Shown here one piece after another: positions 23,060 through 36,100 of a stretch of DNA of 64,000 bases. The stretch is from Mobula hypostoma. Its lineage: Eukaryota. The notes below the pieces were generated by a model, which was given only the letters and a program-made list of their open reading frames with translations, searched no databases and was not told where the DNA came from. Positions within the stretch are counted from its first letter, which is position 1, and each line of letters starts with the position of its first letter. The stretch lies in contig NC_086108.1 of NCBI RefSeq assembly GCF_963921235.1, forward strand, positions 33,482,001 through 33,546,000, read 5' to 3'. Made by a program: the position numbers and the translations under genes.

Positions 23060-23870
23060 ACATGAGAAAGTCTGCAGATGTCTGAAATCCAAAGCAACAC
23101 ATACAAAATGCTGAAGGAGCTCAGCATGTCAGGCAGCATCTACGGAAATGAATAAACAGTCGATGTTCTTCTTCAGGACTGGAAAGGAAGGGGAAAAGGC
23201 CAGAATAGAAAGGTGGGAGGAGGGGAAAGGGGAATAGCTGAGAAGGTGATAGGTGAAACCAGGTGGGTGTGAAAGGTAAAGAGCTGAAGATGAAGGAATC
23301 TGATAGGAGAGGAGGGTGGATCATGGGAGAAAGGGAAGGAGGAGAGGACGCAGGGGTAACTGATGGGCAGGTAAGAAGAGATAAAAGGCCAGAGTGAGAA
23401 ACAGAAGAAGAGGGGAGAGGGAAGGACGTTTTTTTAATTGAAGGAGAAATCAATATTCATGCCATCAGGTTAGAGGCTACCCAGATGGAATATAGGGTGT
23501 TGCTCCTCCACGCTGAGGGTGGCCTCATCTTGGCACAAGAGGAGGCCGTGGACCGACATGTTGAAACCAGAATGGGAAACGTTTGGCCGCTGGGAAGTTC
23601 CACTTTTGGTGGATGGAGTGGAGGTGCTGTATGAAGCAATTCCCCTATTTTTGATGAGTCTCACCATTGTAGTGGAGGTTGCATCGGGAGCATCGGACAA
23701 TAGATGATCCCAAAAGATTTGCAGCTGAAGTGTTGCCTTCACTGGAAGGACAGTTTAGGCTCTGAATGGAAGTGAGGAAGGAGGTGAAGGGGCAGGTGTA
23801 GGACTTGGCTATTTGCAGGTATAAGTACCTGGGGGAGGGATGAATGGACAGGGAAGGAAGAGGAAAGGGG
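23060..23870 (-). mobile_element. Penelope-like element 3' fragment (GIY-YIG region and terminal repeat)
   Basis: Homologous to 10820-11720 (CSRCNLHYNGET, EATLSVEEQH). The hammerhead near 23157-23180 has lost stem II. Confidence 0.85.
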
Positions 23871-26800
23871 TTAAGGAGCCAGTGCAGAGTACCCTCATAA
23901 CCATCCACCTCAGCAGCAGGTATATCAGTTTGGATACTGTCGGGTGGGGGGGGGGGAATGACCTAACAGAGGGAAGTCACAGTGGTTGGGTCTCTGGCAC
24001 TGATACTGCCTCTGTGACTCAGACAGGAAGGGGGAATAAAAGGCACGCTGCAGTGATATGGGATTTGTTAGGGGAATGGACAGGTTCTGTGGGCGAGAAC
24101 AAGATTCCCGGATGATATGTTGCCTCCTGGGCACCAGGGCCCGAGAAATCTCAAATAGAATCCTCAATATTTTTAAGTGGGAGGATGAACAGCCAGAAAT
24201 CGTGGTCAATGACTTGGGTAGGATGAGTGACGAGGTTCTGCATAAGGAGTTCAGGTAGTTAGGTGCTAAGTTTAAGGACAGGACTTCCAGGGTTGTGATC
24301 TCAGGATTACTACACGTGCCACATGCTAGTGAGGTCAGAACTAGAAAGATTATACCACTTAACATGTGACTAAGGAGCTGGTGTAGCAGGCAGAGCATAA
24401 CATTTTTGGATCATTGCTTTCTCTTCCAGGGAAAGTGGGACCTATACAGAAGGGATGACTTGCCTCTGAACTGGAGGGAGACTAATATCCTAGCATGAAG
24501 GTTTGTTAATGCTGTCCAGAGGGGTTTAAACTAGAGTTGCAGGGGGATGGGAACCAGAGTGCTCGAACAGTTAGTAGGGAGGTTGTGGAGGCAGATGTTG
24601 GTAACAGACAAAGTCAGGAATCAAAAGGTTGAGCGTGATGTGACTAAATCGAAAAGGGTGAATACAGGACTTAAAGTGCTGTATCTGAATGCACGTAGTA
24701 TACAGAATAAGGTAGATGAATTTGCAGCACAGTTGCAGATTGGCAGGTACGATGTTATAGGCATCATGGGATCACGCCTAAAAGGTTATAGCTGAGAACT
24801 TAATGTCCAAGGATGCACATTGTATTGAAAGGATAGGGAGGAAGGCAGAGGGGGTGGCGTTGCTCTGTTGGTAAAAAAATTAAATCAAATCATTAGAGAG
24901 AGATGACATAGGGTCGGAAGGTGTTGAATCATTGTGGAGAGAGCTAAGGAACTGCAAGGGTAACTGATGGGAGTTGTATACAGGCTACCAAGCAGAAGTA
25001 AGGATGCTGCCTACAAATTACAATGGGAGATAGAAAATGCATGTCAAAAGGGCAACGTAACAAGAGTCACGGGGGACTTCAATATGCAGGTAGATTGGGA
25101 AAATCAGGTTGGTCCCAGATTCTAAGAGGTGGAGTGTTCCAGAGTGCCTATGAGATGGCTTTTTAGAGGAGCACATGGTTAAGCCACTGGAGGATCAGCT
25201 ATTCTGGATTGGGTGTTGTGCAATTAAACAGAATTGATTTGAGAGCTCAAGGTAAAAAAGCCCTCAGGGGAAAGTGATCATAATATTATCGAATTCACCC
25301 TTAAATTTTAGAAGCTGAAGTCAGATGTATCAGTGTTACAGTGGATAAAGAGAGTTACAGAGGCATGAGAGAGGAGTTGGCCAGAATTAATTGGAAAAGA
25401 ACACTGGCAGGGATGACGGCAGAGCAGCAATGGCTGGAATTTCTGGAACCAATTCAGAAGGCACAGGATATATACATCCCAAAGAGGGAGAAGTATTCTA
25501 AAGGAAAGATGACACAACCATGGCTAACAAGAAAAATCAAAGCCAACATAAAAGCCAAAGAGAGGACATATAATACAGCAAAGATTAGTGGGGAGTTAGA
25601 GGATTGGGAAGCATTTAAAAATCAACAGGAGGCACCAAAAATCATTAAGAAGGTAAAGATGGAATTAGAAATTAAGTTAGCTGATAATATTAAAGAGGAT
25701 ACCAAAAGTTTCTTCAGATACATAAAATGTAAAAGAAAGGCAAGAGTGGATATTGGACTGCTGGAAAACATTGCTGGAGAGGTAATAGTGGGGCACAATG
25801 AAGCAGCGGACAAACTGAGTAAGTATTTTGCATCAGTGTTCACTGTGAAAGACTCTAGAAGTATGGTGAAAGTTCCAGGTGTCAGAGGCCATGAAGTGTG
25901 TGAAGTTGCCATAACTAGAAAGAAGATTCTTGGGAAACTGAAAGGTCACTTGGACCAGATGGTGAACACCTCAGAGTTCTGAAGGGGGTGGCTGAAGAGA
26001 TTGTGGAGGCATTAGTAGTGAATTTTCGAGCATCACTTGAATCTGGAATGGCTCTGGAAGACTGGAAAATTGTAAATGTCACTCCACTCTTCAAGAAGGG
26101 AGAGAGGCAAAAGAAAGGAAACTGTAGGCCATTTAGTCCGACCTCAGTGGTTGGGAAGATGTTGGAGTCAATTATTAAGGATGAGGTCTTGGTACTTGGA
26201 GGTACATGATAAAATAGGCCGTAGTCAGCTTGGTTTCTTTGGGAATATCTTGCCTGACAAATCTGTTGGAATTCTTTGAAGAAATAACAAGCAGGATAGA
26301 CCAAGGAGAATCAGTTGATGCTATATATTTGTATTTTCAGAAGGCCTTTGTCAAGGTGCCATACATGAGGCTGCTTAACAAGCTACAAGCCCAAGGTATT
26401 ACAAGAAAGATTCTAGCATGGATAAAGCGGTGGCTGATTGGCAGCAGGCAAAGTGTGGGAATAACAGGAGCCTTTTCTGGCTGGCTGTAAGTGACTAGTG
26501 GTGTTCCACAAGGATCTGTGTTGGGAATGACTCCTTTTACATTATATGTCAATGATTTGGACGATGGAATTGATTGCTTTGTTGCAAAGTTTGCAGATGA
26601 TATAAAGAGGTGGAGGGGCAGGTAGTTTTAAGGAAGTAGAGAGGCTACAGAAGGACAGACGAATTCGAGAATGGGCAAAGAAATGGCAGATGGAATACAG
26701 CGTCAGGAAGTGTATGGTCATGCACTTTGGTAGAAAAAAGTGAAAGGATTGACTATTTTCTAAATGGAGAGAAAATACAAAAAACTAATGTGCAACGGGA

Positions 26801-27660
26801 CCTGGGAGTCCTTGTGCAGGACTCCCTAAAGGTTAATTTGCAGATTGAGTCTGTGGTGAGGAAGGTAAATACAAACGATGTACAACGTTAGCATTCATTT
26901 CAAGAGGAGTGGAACATAAAAGCAAGGATGTAATGTTGAGACGAGGAACTCTGCAGATGCTGGAAATTCAAGCAACACACACACAGAATGCTGGTGAACG
27001 CAGCAGGCCAGGTAGCATCTATAGGAAGAGGTACAGTCGAAGTTTCGGGTCGTGTGTGTGTTGATGTGATGTTGAGACTTTATTAAGCACTGGTGAAGCC
27101 TCATTTGGAGTATTGTGGGTGGGTTTGGGACTCTTATCTTAGAAAGGATGTGCTGAAACAAGAGAAAGTTCAAAAGAGGCTCACGAAAATGATTCCAGGA
27201 TTGAATGGCTTGTCATATGAAGAGCGTTTGATGGCTCCAGGCCTGTATTCACCATAATTCAGAAGAATGAGGTGTGACCTCATTGAAACTTATCAAATGG
27301 TGAAAGTCCTTGATAGAGTGGATGTGGAGAGGACATTTCCTTTGGTTGGAGAGTCTAAGACCAGAGGACCCCACCTCAGAATAGAGGAGTGTCCTTTTAG
27401 AACGGAGATGAGGTGGAATTTGTTTAGCCAGAGAGTGGTGAATCTGTGGAATTCCTCACCACCGGCGGCTGTGGAGGCCAACACTTTATGTATATTTAAG
27501 GCAGAGTTTGACAGATTCTCGATTGGTCAGGGCATGACGGAATACAGGGAGAAGACAGGAGACTGGGGCTGAGAGAAAAATTGGATCAGCCATGGTGAAA
27601 TAGCGGAGCAGACTCGATGGGCCAAAAGGCCTAATTCTGCTCCAATATCTTCTGGTCTTA
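23870..27660 (+). mobile_element. Near full-length decayed CR1 LINE (ORF1 esterase part, APE, RT)
   Basis: ORF1-like MICCLLGTRAREIS.., APE start YLNARSIQNKVDE, RT fragments in ORFs 25341-27572, and a 3' UTR. Confidence 0.92.
26943..27062 (-). mobile_element. Short PLE terminal insertion inside CR1
   Basis: Matches 10825-10933. Flanked by a 16-bp duplication gatgtRatgttgagac at 26927-26942 and 27063-27078. Confidence 0.85.
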
Positions 27661-28765
27661 TGGAGGAAGCGATCCCCGCGGAAAGCTGGGGGGTGGGCGG
27701 CTGCGGGCATTCGGGAAATTGAGGAGTTGTGGGCGAGGGCAGCATCAATGGTGGAGGAAGGGAAACCCCATTCGTTAGAGAGGAAAGACCACTCTGAAAT
27801 CCTGGAAGGGAAAGCCGCATTCTGGGAAATGATGCGGCGGAGACGAAGGAACTGAGAAAAGGAAGTAGCATTTTTACAGGAGGCAGGGTGGGAAGCGGTG
27901 CTGTATAGTCAAGATTACCGTGGGCATTGGTAGGTTTATGAACGATGTCGCTTCACAGTTTGCCTCTGGAGATGGAGACAGAGCGATCAAGAAAGGGGAG
28001 GGAGATGTCAGAAATTGTCCAAGTGAATTTAAGGGCAGGGTGGAAGTTAGAGGCAAAGTTGACGAAATTGCCGTGCTCAGCCTGAGTGCATATGCAGCCC
28101 CAATGCGGTCGTCAGTATCAGAGAAACAGATGGGGAGTACTCCTGGGGAGGACTTCGAACATGGACTGTTCTACTAGCCAGCCAAAAGGCAGGCATAGCT
28201 GGGCCCATGCGGGTGCCATGACTACCCCTCAAGTCTGGAGAAAGTGGGAGGAGCTGAAGAAAAAACTGTTGAGTGCGAGAACCAGTTCTGCCAGACAGAG
28301 GAGGGCGGTGGTGGAGGGGAATTGGTTGGTTCTTTTGTTAGGAAAGAAGCGGAGCGCTTTAAGGCCTTCTTGATGAGGGATTGAAGAGTATAGGGACTGA
28401 ATATCCATGAAGAAAATCAGGCGGTTAGGGGCAGGGAATTGAAAGTTACTGAGGAGATCCTGTCCCGGATGAAGGTGTGAAGGGACTTAACGAAGGGTGA
28501 TAGAATGGAATGGAGGTATAGGACACGAGTTCAATGGAGCAGGAGCTGGCAGAGATAATAGGCCTACCGGTCAGCCCGGCTTGTGGATCTTGCACTGCAA
28601 GTAGAAGCGAGCAGTACGGGATAAGGGAACTATGAGCTTGGTGACTATGTGAGTTCTCCAGAGTTGATGATGTCGGAGACAGTCTTGTGATGGTCCGGGG
28701 AGGGGGGTGTCTTCTTCAGAGGAGGTGTCCGAGAGTTGCTGCCTGCCCGCAGCAAGGTATAAGTC
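27660..28765 (-). mobile_element. Penelope-like element RT fragment, decayed
   Basis: Colinear with 11720-12985 (PCD..FSQFLRLRRI, MAPAWAQ/GVVMAP, KIHK motifs on the minus strand). Confidence 0.85.
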
Positions 28766-28779
28766 AGTGCGACATCTAC

Positions 28780-29152
28780 CTTGCTGAGAGACGTAGTTGC
28801 TGGACTTCTCCTTTAAGACGGTCGTTACATTTAGGACGTCACAAATGCGTTGACTGGCAACTGCGTTGATATTAGATCAAAGGCTTCATCGCGGTTAGCG
28901 GCTCATTGGCCAACGCTTCTTAACTTTCAGGTTGATCTCTGTCAGCAGGTTAGCCCTTGCGCTGTATATTGGTACGAAGCAATTTCTGCCTTCAGTCATG
29001 GCTAGTTAATTGTTGCAATGGATTGAGGTCTCCGCCTAATCAAACTTTTTTAAACATATGTATATGCATATTAAAATATCAGATTTAATATTGCACCTAT
29101 ATATATATATATATTAACAATGGAGTTACGGTTTGGATAACATCTTATCAAC
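28780..29152 (+). promoter_or_regulatory. Candidate proximal promoter / 5' UTR of the LRRC52-like gene
   Basis: Non-repeat, locally CpG-retaining segment just upstream of the ATG. It has CRE-like gacgtca (28835-28841), X-box-like gttgactggcaac (28849-28861) and an inverted CCAAT (attgg) near 28905. Motif matches only. Confidence 0.35.
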
Positions 29153-29771
29153 ATGTTCCTTTATCGTAGAGAGCCGCAGGGACTGCTATGGAAATTGCTG
29201 TTAGTGGGAGTGACATTGGCTGCTGATTGTCCATCTATGTGTATATGCGAACCTTTCAAGGTAACCTGCAAAGGCAAAGGTTTAAATGCTTTTCCAGAAA
29301 GCCTTCCATTAAACACCAGGCATCTTGACCTCTCAGACAACAGTATCTCCGAAATCAATTCTCTGGAACTCAATCTGCTCGTTGATCTGGTGCACCTGGA
29401 TTGTAGCCACAATGCAATATCGGAGATTTCAAAACTGGATTTCCTCTCTGGCATAAAGCTAGTTTATTTAGATTTCAGTTACAATGCCTTGAAACAAATC
29501 GGCTCGACGACATTGGAAAGTTTAACTAACCTGATCGTGCTGAAGGTCAGTAATAACAAGATAAGCGAAGTGCAGCGGGGCGCCTTTGAAACAAACATTG
29601 GACTTCGGCTGCTTGATCTCAGAAACAATAATCTGACATTTTTTAACGTTTCGTTAATACGAGGTCTTCAAGGACTGAAATCCGTGTATTTGTCTGGTAA
29701 TCCCTGGGATTGTCAATGCACGATTAAACTGCTGAGTCAGTGGTTAAAGGAAAGCAAAGTTACTTTTCCAG
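29153..29771 (+). CDS. LRRC52: LRRC52-like BK/Slo gamma auxiliary subunit, coding exon 1 (signal peptide, LRRNT, LRRs, start of LRRCT)
   Basis: Hydrophobic leader, then CPSMCICEPFKVTC, repeated LxxLDLSxNxI motifs and LSGNPWDCQC. Splice donor CCAG|GTGAGG at 29771/29772 (phase 1). Confidence 0.88.
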
Positions 29772-31539
29772 GTGAGGTTCAGTCTCAAAATCTGTATCAT
29801 TATCTGTGTTTATACAATTTTGGAGAGATTGTAAGTTATCTGTTGTGTGCTGACTTCAAGGTTAACAGTTGCAAGACTGAATTAGCAGAGACTGAGAAAT
29901 CTAAATACTTGAATTAAAATTATGAAGAGAATCAAAATGTGTAAAAATAAGTAGTTAAAAAGCTGGTTCTTCCTGGATTTTACCTTAGAACAGGTCAAAG
30001 TGTAATTGATTGAATTGACAGATTTGTTTTCATCATGAAAGAAGTAAACAAAAAGTGGCAGCAAAGTCCGAAGTTTTATCCTTCCAATGAAATGGAGAAT
30101 GGGCTTGTTTGGTTCTGATGAAGAATCTTAGAAAAAAAGTGTACTCTCTCTTTCAGATGCAGACTGACATTTATGCTGCAAATATTGCACATTTCCCAAT
30201 TTTGCACAACAATTAAGAAATGGAACTGAGCAAATCAAACACTCCCCCCCCAAAAAAAACTGGGTTTAAACAAGTTTGTAAAAATAAATGAGCGTTTCAA
30301 TTTGCATGGAATTTCAGCTAGATTAGGATCTCATCAGATAGGAAGGGGGAATATGAGATGCATTCTACAAAAAATGTGGCAGAAATGGTTAGAATGAATT
30401 AGGAAGAAATGCATAGGCATGGGCAATCTGGTGCAAAATATGGACTCACAAGAGACTGCAATTCTGAAATATGCAGCAACACACAAAATGCTGGAGGAAC
30501 TCAATGGGAGGGAAATGGGCAGTAGATGTTTGAGGTTAAGATCAAAGGTCCGTTTTCCTCCATAGATGCTGCCTGAGCTTCTGAGTTTCTCCAGTGCTTT
30601 GTGAGGTGCATCATATGGCATTTTGGCACTGAGTAGTAAACCACAAGGCTAATAAAATGCTAAGCAAGATAACTACAGTAAATCAATGTCAAAGAATCTT
30701 CAAAGAGCATTGTGGAAGTTTTAGCTTGCATCCAGTTCTGCGTACTGAATGCAAAGCTAGAAAGAAGAGATTGTATCAAGCTATGGAAGCATCCAGAGAA
30801 GAGTAACAATATAATTTCCAATTTCAGATCTGTATTAGGCTTCCTATCTTAGAAAGCTAATCTCCGAATGACCTTTAGAGCTGTATAGAGAAATACATGG
30901 CAGGAAATAACACTTTGAGGTGCAATTTCTAATCAATTGTATAGCTCATATTGAGAAGTTCTTCAGCCAAAGTGGTGTAGTGTAGGCTTGGAGAGGGGGT
31001 GGAGCATGTGAAAATAATGGTTGGTGCATTATAAAGATTTATAATAATATTATTTAAGGTGATTAGCACACCTTTTATCATCTTTGTCCCTTTGCAGAAT
31101 AATGGTCCAGATATGGCTTTGGGAACTGTTGATGTAGATATTTCCTAAACCTTTTCCTATGCATACCTGAGCAGAATTGCTTCATTGTAAAAGCATTTTT
31201 AAAAAGCTTCCAATTTTTATGTGTTTCAATAGTTTTGCTGTCTTGCTTTACTTTATAAAAGGTAGACTTGTAACTTAATTGTAAACTTCACTGTTAAGTT
31301 CTACTTTAACCTTCCTTATTTCCTTCTATTTAAGTTAAGATTTATGTTATCGTATCATTGAATTTTGTGACAATTATTAAAATGTCTATTTTCAAATCTC
31401 GACTTTAATGCAAAAACTTTAATTTTACAAATATATGTTTGGTATAAGCTTCATACAGAAATAGACTATTTTAAAATTTAGTAATATTCTTGGTTAATTA
31501 ATAAAAATAACCATCACCCTATGTAAAAGATCGTAAACC

Positions 31540-32221
31540 TGTCATGGTCCGGTCCGGGAAGTCCGCGTTGTGGTTCACGGTCCGGTCCATGGACTCCGTA
31601 CTCCAGGTCTTCCTGCTGTCCGTGGTTTCATTTGGGCTTAATCATAGGCACCTGATGCTCATCTTGGGGCTGGGAATATAAGTGGCCCTGGTTTCGAGTG
31701 TGGGTGCTGGTTCGTCTCGTCAGTATCTCGTCCTTGCCTCCGTTGGGTAAGCCAGGCCGTCTTTGCTGTTACCCCGAGGCTGGACTGTTCCCTTCCCTTC
31801 CCCTTCCTCCTCCTCCTCCAGCCTCTGCCTGCGTCCTCACCTGTATCGCTGTCAAGTTCTACCACCGGAACAAGACCGGAGCCTTGCCGTGACTAGATAA
31901 GGAACTGTCTATCATTGTTTGGCACTGTCTCTGTGTCCATGCCTTCACTAGGTAGGTCCGGCTGTTTGCTGCTACCTTGTGTTGGGAACTGTCTCTCTGT
32001 GTTCTGTGTATGAGTTCCAGCCCTACATCCTGTTCCCAAGGAGGGGTCCTGGCTCTGTGTTCCATGGTCCTGTCTCTCAAGTCCAAGGCTCCGTGTTCCC
32101 GTGCTCTAGGCCAAGGCTCTGTGTTCTGCGTTCCTGTCGTCCCAAGTCCAAGGTTCCGAAGTTCCTGTCATCCCAAGTCCAAGGCTCGGCTGTTCCTGAG
32201 TGCCAAGTCAAAGCTTTGTGT
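31540..32221 (+). mobile_element. LTR (related to 7990-8954), 3'-truncated by the Gypsy insertion
   Basis: Starts tgtcatggtccggtcc..gttcacggtccggtccat, homologous to the reverse complement of 8954 inward. TATA-like aatataag near 31675. Contains internal ccaaggct repeats. Confidence 0.8.
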
Positions 32222-33029
32222 TGTGACGAAAAACCAAGTTATCAGAAGATTGATGCTAATGAGAGAGAGATAAGTGAGACAATGGAGAAACGTTCAAAAT
32301 GTTAATGAGAGAGGAGAGAGATAACGAAAAGAGACACAATTCAGAGTATTGACAGATGGTTGCTTTGAACCTGAACTGTTTGAAGTTTGATGGACAGGCG
32401 ATACCCCAGCAGGGGGATAAAAAGAACAGGATCGCGAAGGCATGACATACACCACAAGATCACGGCATAATGAGACCCTGGAAGGGCGGTGTGCCCCCCA
32501 CAAATTGGTGGGAGTTGGAGGTCTGGTTCGCGGGAACCGACCATAGACGCACAGGGTAAAAAGGGTACGATCGGTGGGAACCTGGTGTGTGTGTCCGCCC
32601 TTGCCTGGGTGCCGGGTTCACCGCGGAAGAACGGTCGTATCCGGAATGGTACCACAGAAGACATAAAAGGGTCCGCCTGAAACCACCTGTGGACATCAAA
32701 GGTCTGCTGAATCATCTCTCTCTCTCTCTCTCTCTCTCCAACGGCACAACAGTGATTACTGTGAACTGTACTAAGCTGAACTGAACTCTGCGTCACTTGA
32801 GACTGATCATTTTACCCCTAGACTGCGATAGAGCTTGATTGATTCCTATTACCCTAGTTCTGTGTACATATGTGTTTTATCATTGCTAACCTGTTGCATT
32901 TATATCCGTACGATTAGAGTACTGTATTACTTATTTCTTCAATAAAACTTTATTAGTTTCCAGTAATCCAGACTCCAACTAGTGGTCCATTTCTGCTGGT
33001 TCGGCAACCCAGTTACGGAGTACGTAACA
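32222..33029 (+). mobile_element. 5' LTR of a Gmr1-type Gypsy element
   Basis: tgtgacg...cgtaaca inverted termini, AATAAA at 32941, and a PBS immediately downstream. Confidence 0.9.
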
Positions 33030-33033
33030 TAAG

Positions 33034-33051
33034 TGGGGGCTCATCCAGGAT
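33034..33051 (+). promoter_or_regulatory. Primer-binding site complementary to tRNA-Pro
   Basis: tgggggctcatccaggat versus canonical TGGGGGCTCGTCCGGGAT. The two mismatches are both G>A at CpG. Confidence 0.85.
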
Positions 33052-33127
33052 TTTGAATGCCAAATTTGGGACTGAGTAAATTGATTGGGTTAAAATTCCC
33101 GAAAGAAAAAAAGGGCAAACAGCAGAA

Positions 33128-36100
33128 ATGGAGATTGAGGAATTTCTAAAGGCGCCAACCTTGGAGGCATTAGAGGATGCCAGGAAATCAAAATTGTCAA
33201 CTGCGGCCAAACGGTTGAATTTTTTTAAGGGGAAGTCGACAATGGTGCCAGGGTCCGGAATATTTCTGATCGTGTTCAAGATATCCTGAAGTGGGAGGGT
33301 GAGGAGCCAGAGGTCGTGGTACATATAGGTACTAATGACATAGGTAGGAAAAGGGAAGAGGTCCTGAAAGGAGAAAATAGGGAGCTAGGAAGGGAGTTGA
33401 GAAAAAGGACCGCAAAGGTAGTAATCTCGGGATTACTGCCTGTGCCATGCGGCAGTGAGAGTAGGAATGCGATGAGGTGGAGGATAAATGCGTGGCTGAG
33501 GGATTGGAGCAGGAGGCAGGGATTCAAGTTTTTGGATCATTGGGACCTCTTTTGGCGCAGGCGTGACCTGTACAAAAAGGACGGATTACACTTGAATCCT
33601 AGGGGGACCAATATCCTGGCAGGGAGATTAGTGAGGGCTACTGAGGTGACTTTAAACTAGAATGGTTGGGGGGTGGGAATCAAATTAAAGAGGATCAACG
33701 TGAGGAGGTTAGTTCACAATAGGGGGATGGGAACCAGTGCAGAGAGACAGAGGGGTGTAAAGTGAGGGTCGAAGCAAAAAGTAGTAAGGAGAAAAGTAAA
33801 AGTGGCAGGCCGACAAATCCAGGGCAAGCATCAAAAGGGGCCACTTTTCAACATAATTGTGTAAGGGCTAAGAGAGTTGTAAAAGAGCGCCTGAAGGCTT
33901 GTGTGTCAATGCAAGGAGCATTCGTAACAAGGTGGATGAATTGAAAGTGCAGATTGTTATTAATGATTATGATATAGTTGGGATCACAGAGACATGGCTC
34001 CAGGGTGACCAAGGATGGGAGCTCAATGTTCAGGGATATTCAATAGTCAGGAGGGATAGACATGAAAGAAAAGGAGGTGGGGTGGCGTTGCTGGTTAAAG
34101 ATGAGATTAACACAATAGAAAGGAAGGACATAAGCCGGGAAGATGTGGAATCGATATGGGTAGAGCTGCGTAACACTAAGGGGCAGAAAACGCTGGTGGG
34201 AGTTGTGTACAGGCCACCTAACAGTAGTAGTGAGGTCGGAGATGGTATTAAACAGGAAATTAGAAATGTGTGCAATAAAGGAACAGCAGTTATGATGGGT
34301 GATTTCAATCTACATGTAGATTGGGTGAACCAAATTGGTAAAGGTGCTGAGGAAGAGGATTTCTTGGAATGTATGCAGGATGGTTTTTTGAACCAACATG
34401 TCGGGGAACCAACTAGAGAGCAGGCTATTCTAGACTGGGTTTTGAGCAATGAGGAAGGGTTAATTAGCAATCTTGTCGTGAGAGGCCCCTTGGGTAAGAG
34501 TGACCATAATATGGTGGAATTCTTCATTCAGATGGAGAGTGCATAGTTAATTCAGAAACAAAGGTTCTGAACTTAAAGAGGGGTAACTTTGAAGGTATGA
34601 GTCGTGAATTAGCTAAGATAGACTGGCAAATGACACTTAAAGGATTGACGGTGGATATGCAATGGCAAGCATTTAAAGATTGCATGGATGAACTACAACA
34701 ATTGTTCATCCCAGTTTGGCAAAAGAATAAATCAAGAAAGGTAGTGCACCCGTGGCTGACAAGAGAAATCAATTCCAAAGAAGAAGCATACAAATTAACC
34801 AGGAAAATTGGCTCACCTGAGGACTGGGAGAGATTCAGAGTTCAGCAGAGGAGGACAAAGGGCTTAATTAGGAAGGGGAAAAAAGATTATGAGAGAAAAC
34901 TGGCAGGGAACATAAAAACTGACTGTAAAAGCTTTTATAGATATGTAAAAAGGAAAAGACTGGTAAAGACAAATGTAGGTCCCCTACAGACAGAAACAGG
35001 TGAATTGATTATGGGGAGCAAGGACATGGCAGACCAGTTGAATAATTACTTTGGTTCTGTCTTCACTAAGGAGGACATAAATAATCTTCCAGAAATAGTA
35101 GGGGACAGAGGGTCCAGTGAGATGGAGGAACTGAGCGAAATACATGTTAGTAGGGAAGTGGTGTTAGGTAAATTGAAGGGATTAAAGGCAGATAAATCCC
35201 CAGGGCCAGATGGTCTGCATCCCAGAGTGCTTAAGGAAGTAGCCCAAGAAATAGTGGATGCATTAGTGATAATTTTTCAAAACTCGTTAGATTCTGGACT
35301 GGTTCCTGAGGATTGGAGGGTGGCTAATGTAACCCCACTTTTTAAAAAAGGAGGGAGAGAGAAACCAGGGAATTATAGATCGGTTAGCCTAACGTCGGTG
35401 GTGGGGAAACTGCTGGAGTCAGTTATCAAAGATGTGATAACAGCACATTTGGAAAGCGGTGAAATCATCGGACAAAGTCAGCATGGATTTGTGAAAGGAA
35501 AATCATGTCTGACGAATCGCATAGAATTTTTTGAGGATGTAACTACTAGAGTGGATTGGGGAGAACCAGTGGATGTGGTATATTTGGATTTTCAAAAGGC
35601 TTTTGACAAGGTCCCACACAGGAGATTAGTGTGCAAACTTAAAGCACAGGGTATTGGGGGTAAGGTATTGATGTGGATAGAGAATTGGTTAGCAGACAGG
35701 AAGCAAAGAGTGGGAATAAACGGGACCTTTTCAGAATGTCAGGCAGTGACTAGTGGGGTACCGCAAGGCTCAGTGCTGGGACCCCAGTTGTTTACAATAT
35801 ATATTAATGACTTGGATGAGGGAATTAAATGCAGCATCTCCAAGTTTGCGGATGACACGAAGCTGTGTGGCAGTGTTAGCTGTGAGGAGGATGCTAAGAG
35901 GATGCAGGGTGACTTGGATAGGTTGGGTGAGTGGGCAAATTCATGGCAGATGCAATTTAATGTAGATAAATGTGAAGTTATCCACTTTGGTGGCAAAAGT
36001 AGGAAAACAGATTATTATCTGAATTATCTGAATCCTATTAGGAAAAGGGGAGGTGCAACAAGACCTGGGTGTCATTATACACCAGTCATTGAAAGTGGGC

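Noticed and set aside
29772..29917. C-terminal part of the 254-aa ORF as coding sequence (a secreted LRR protein)
   Set aside because: It runs past a strong donor at 29772 into the intron. The LRRCT is completed only by exon 2.
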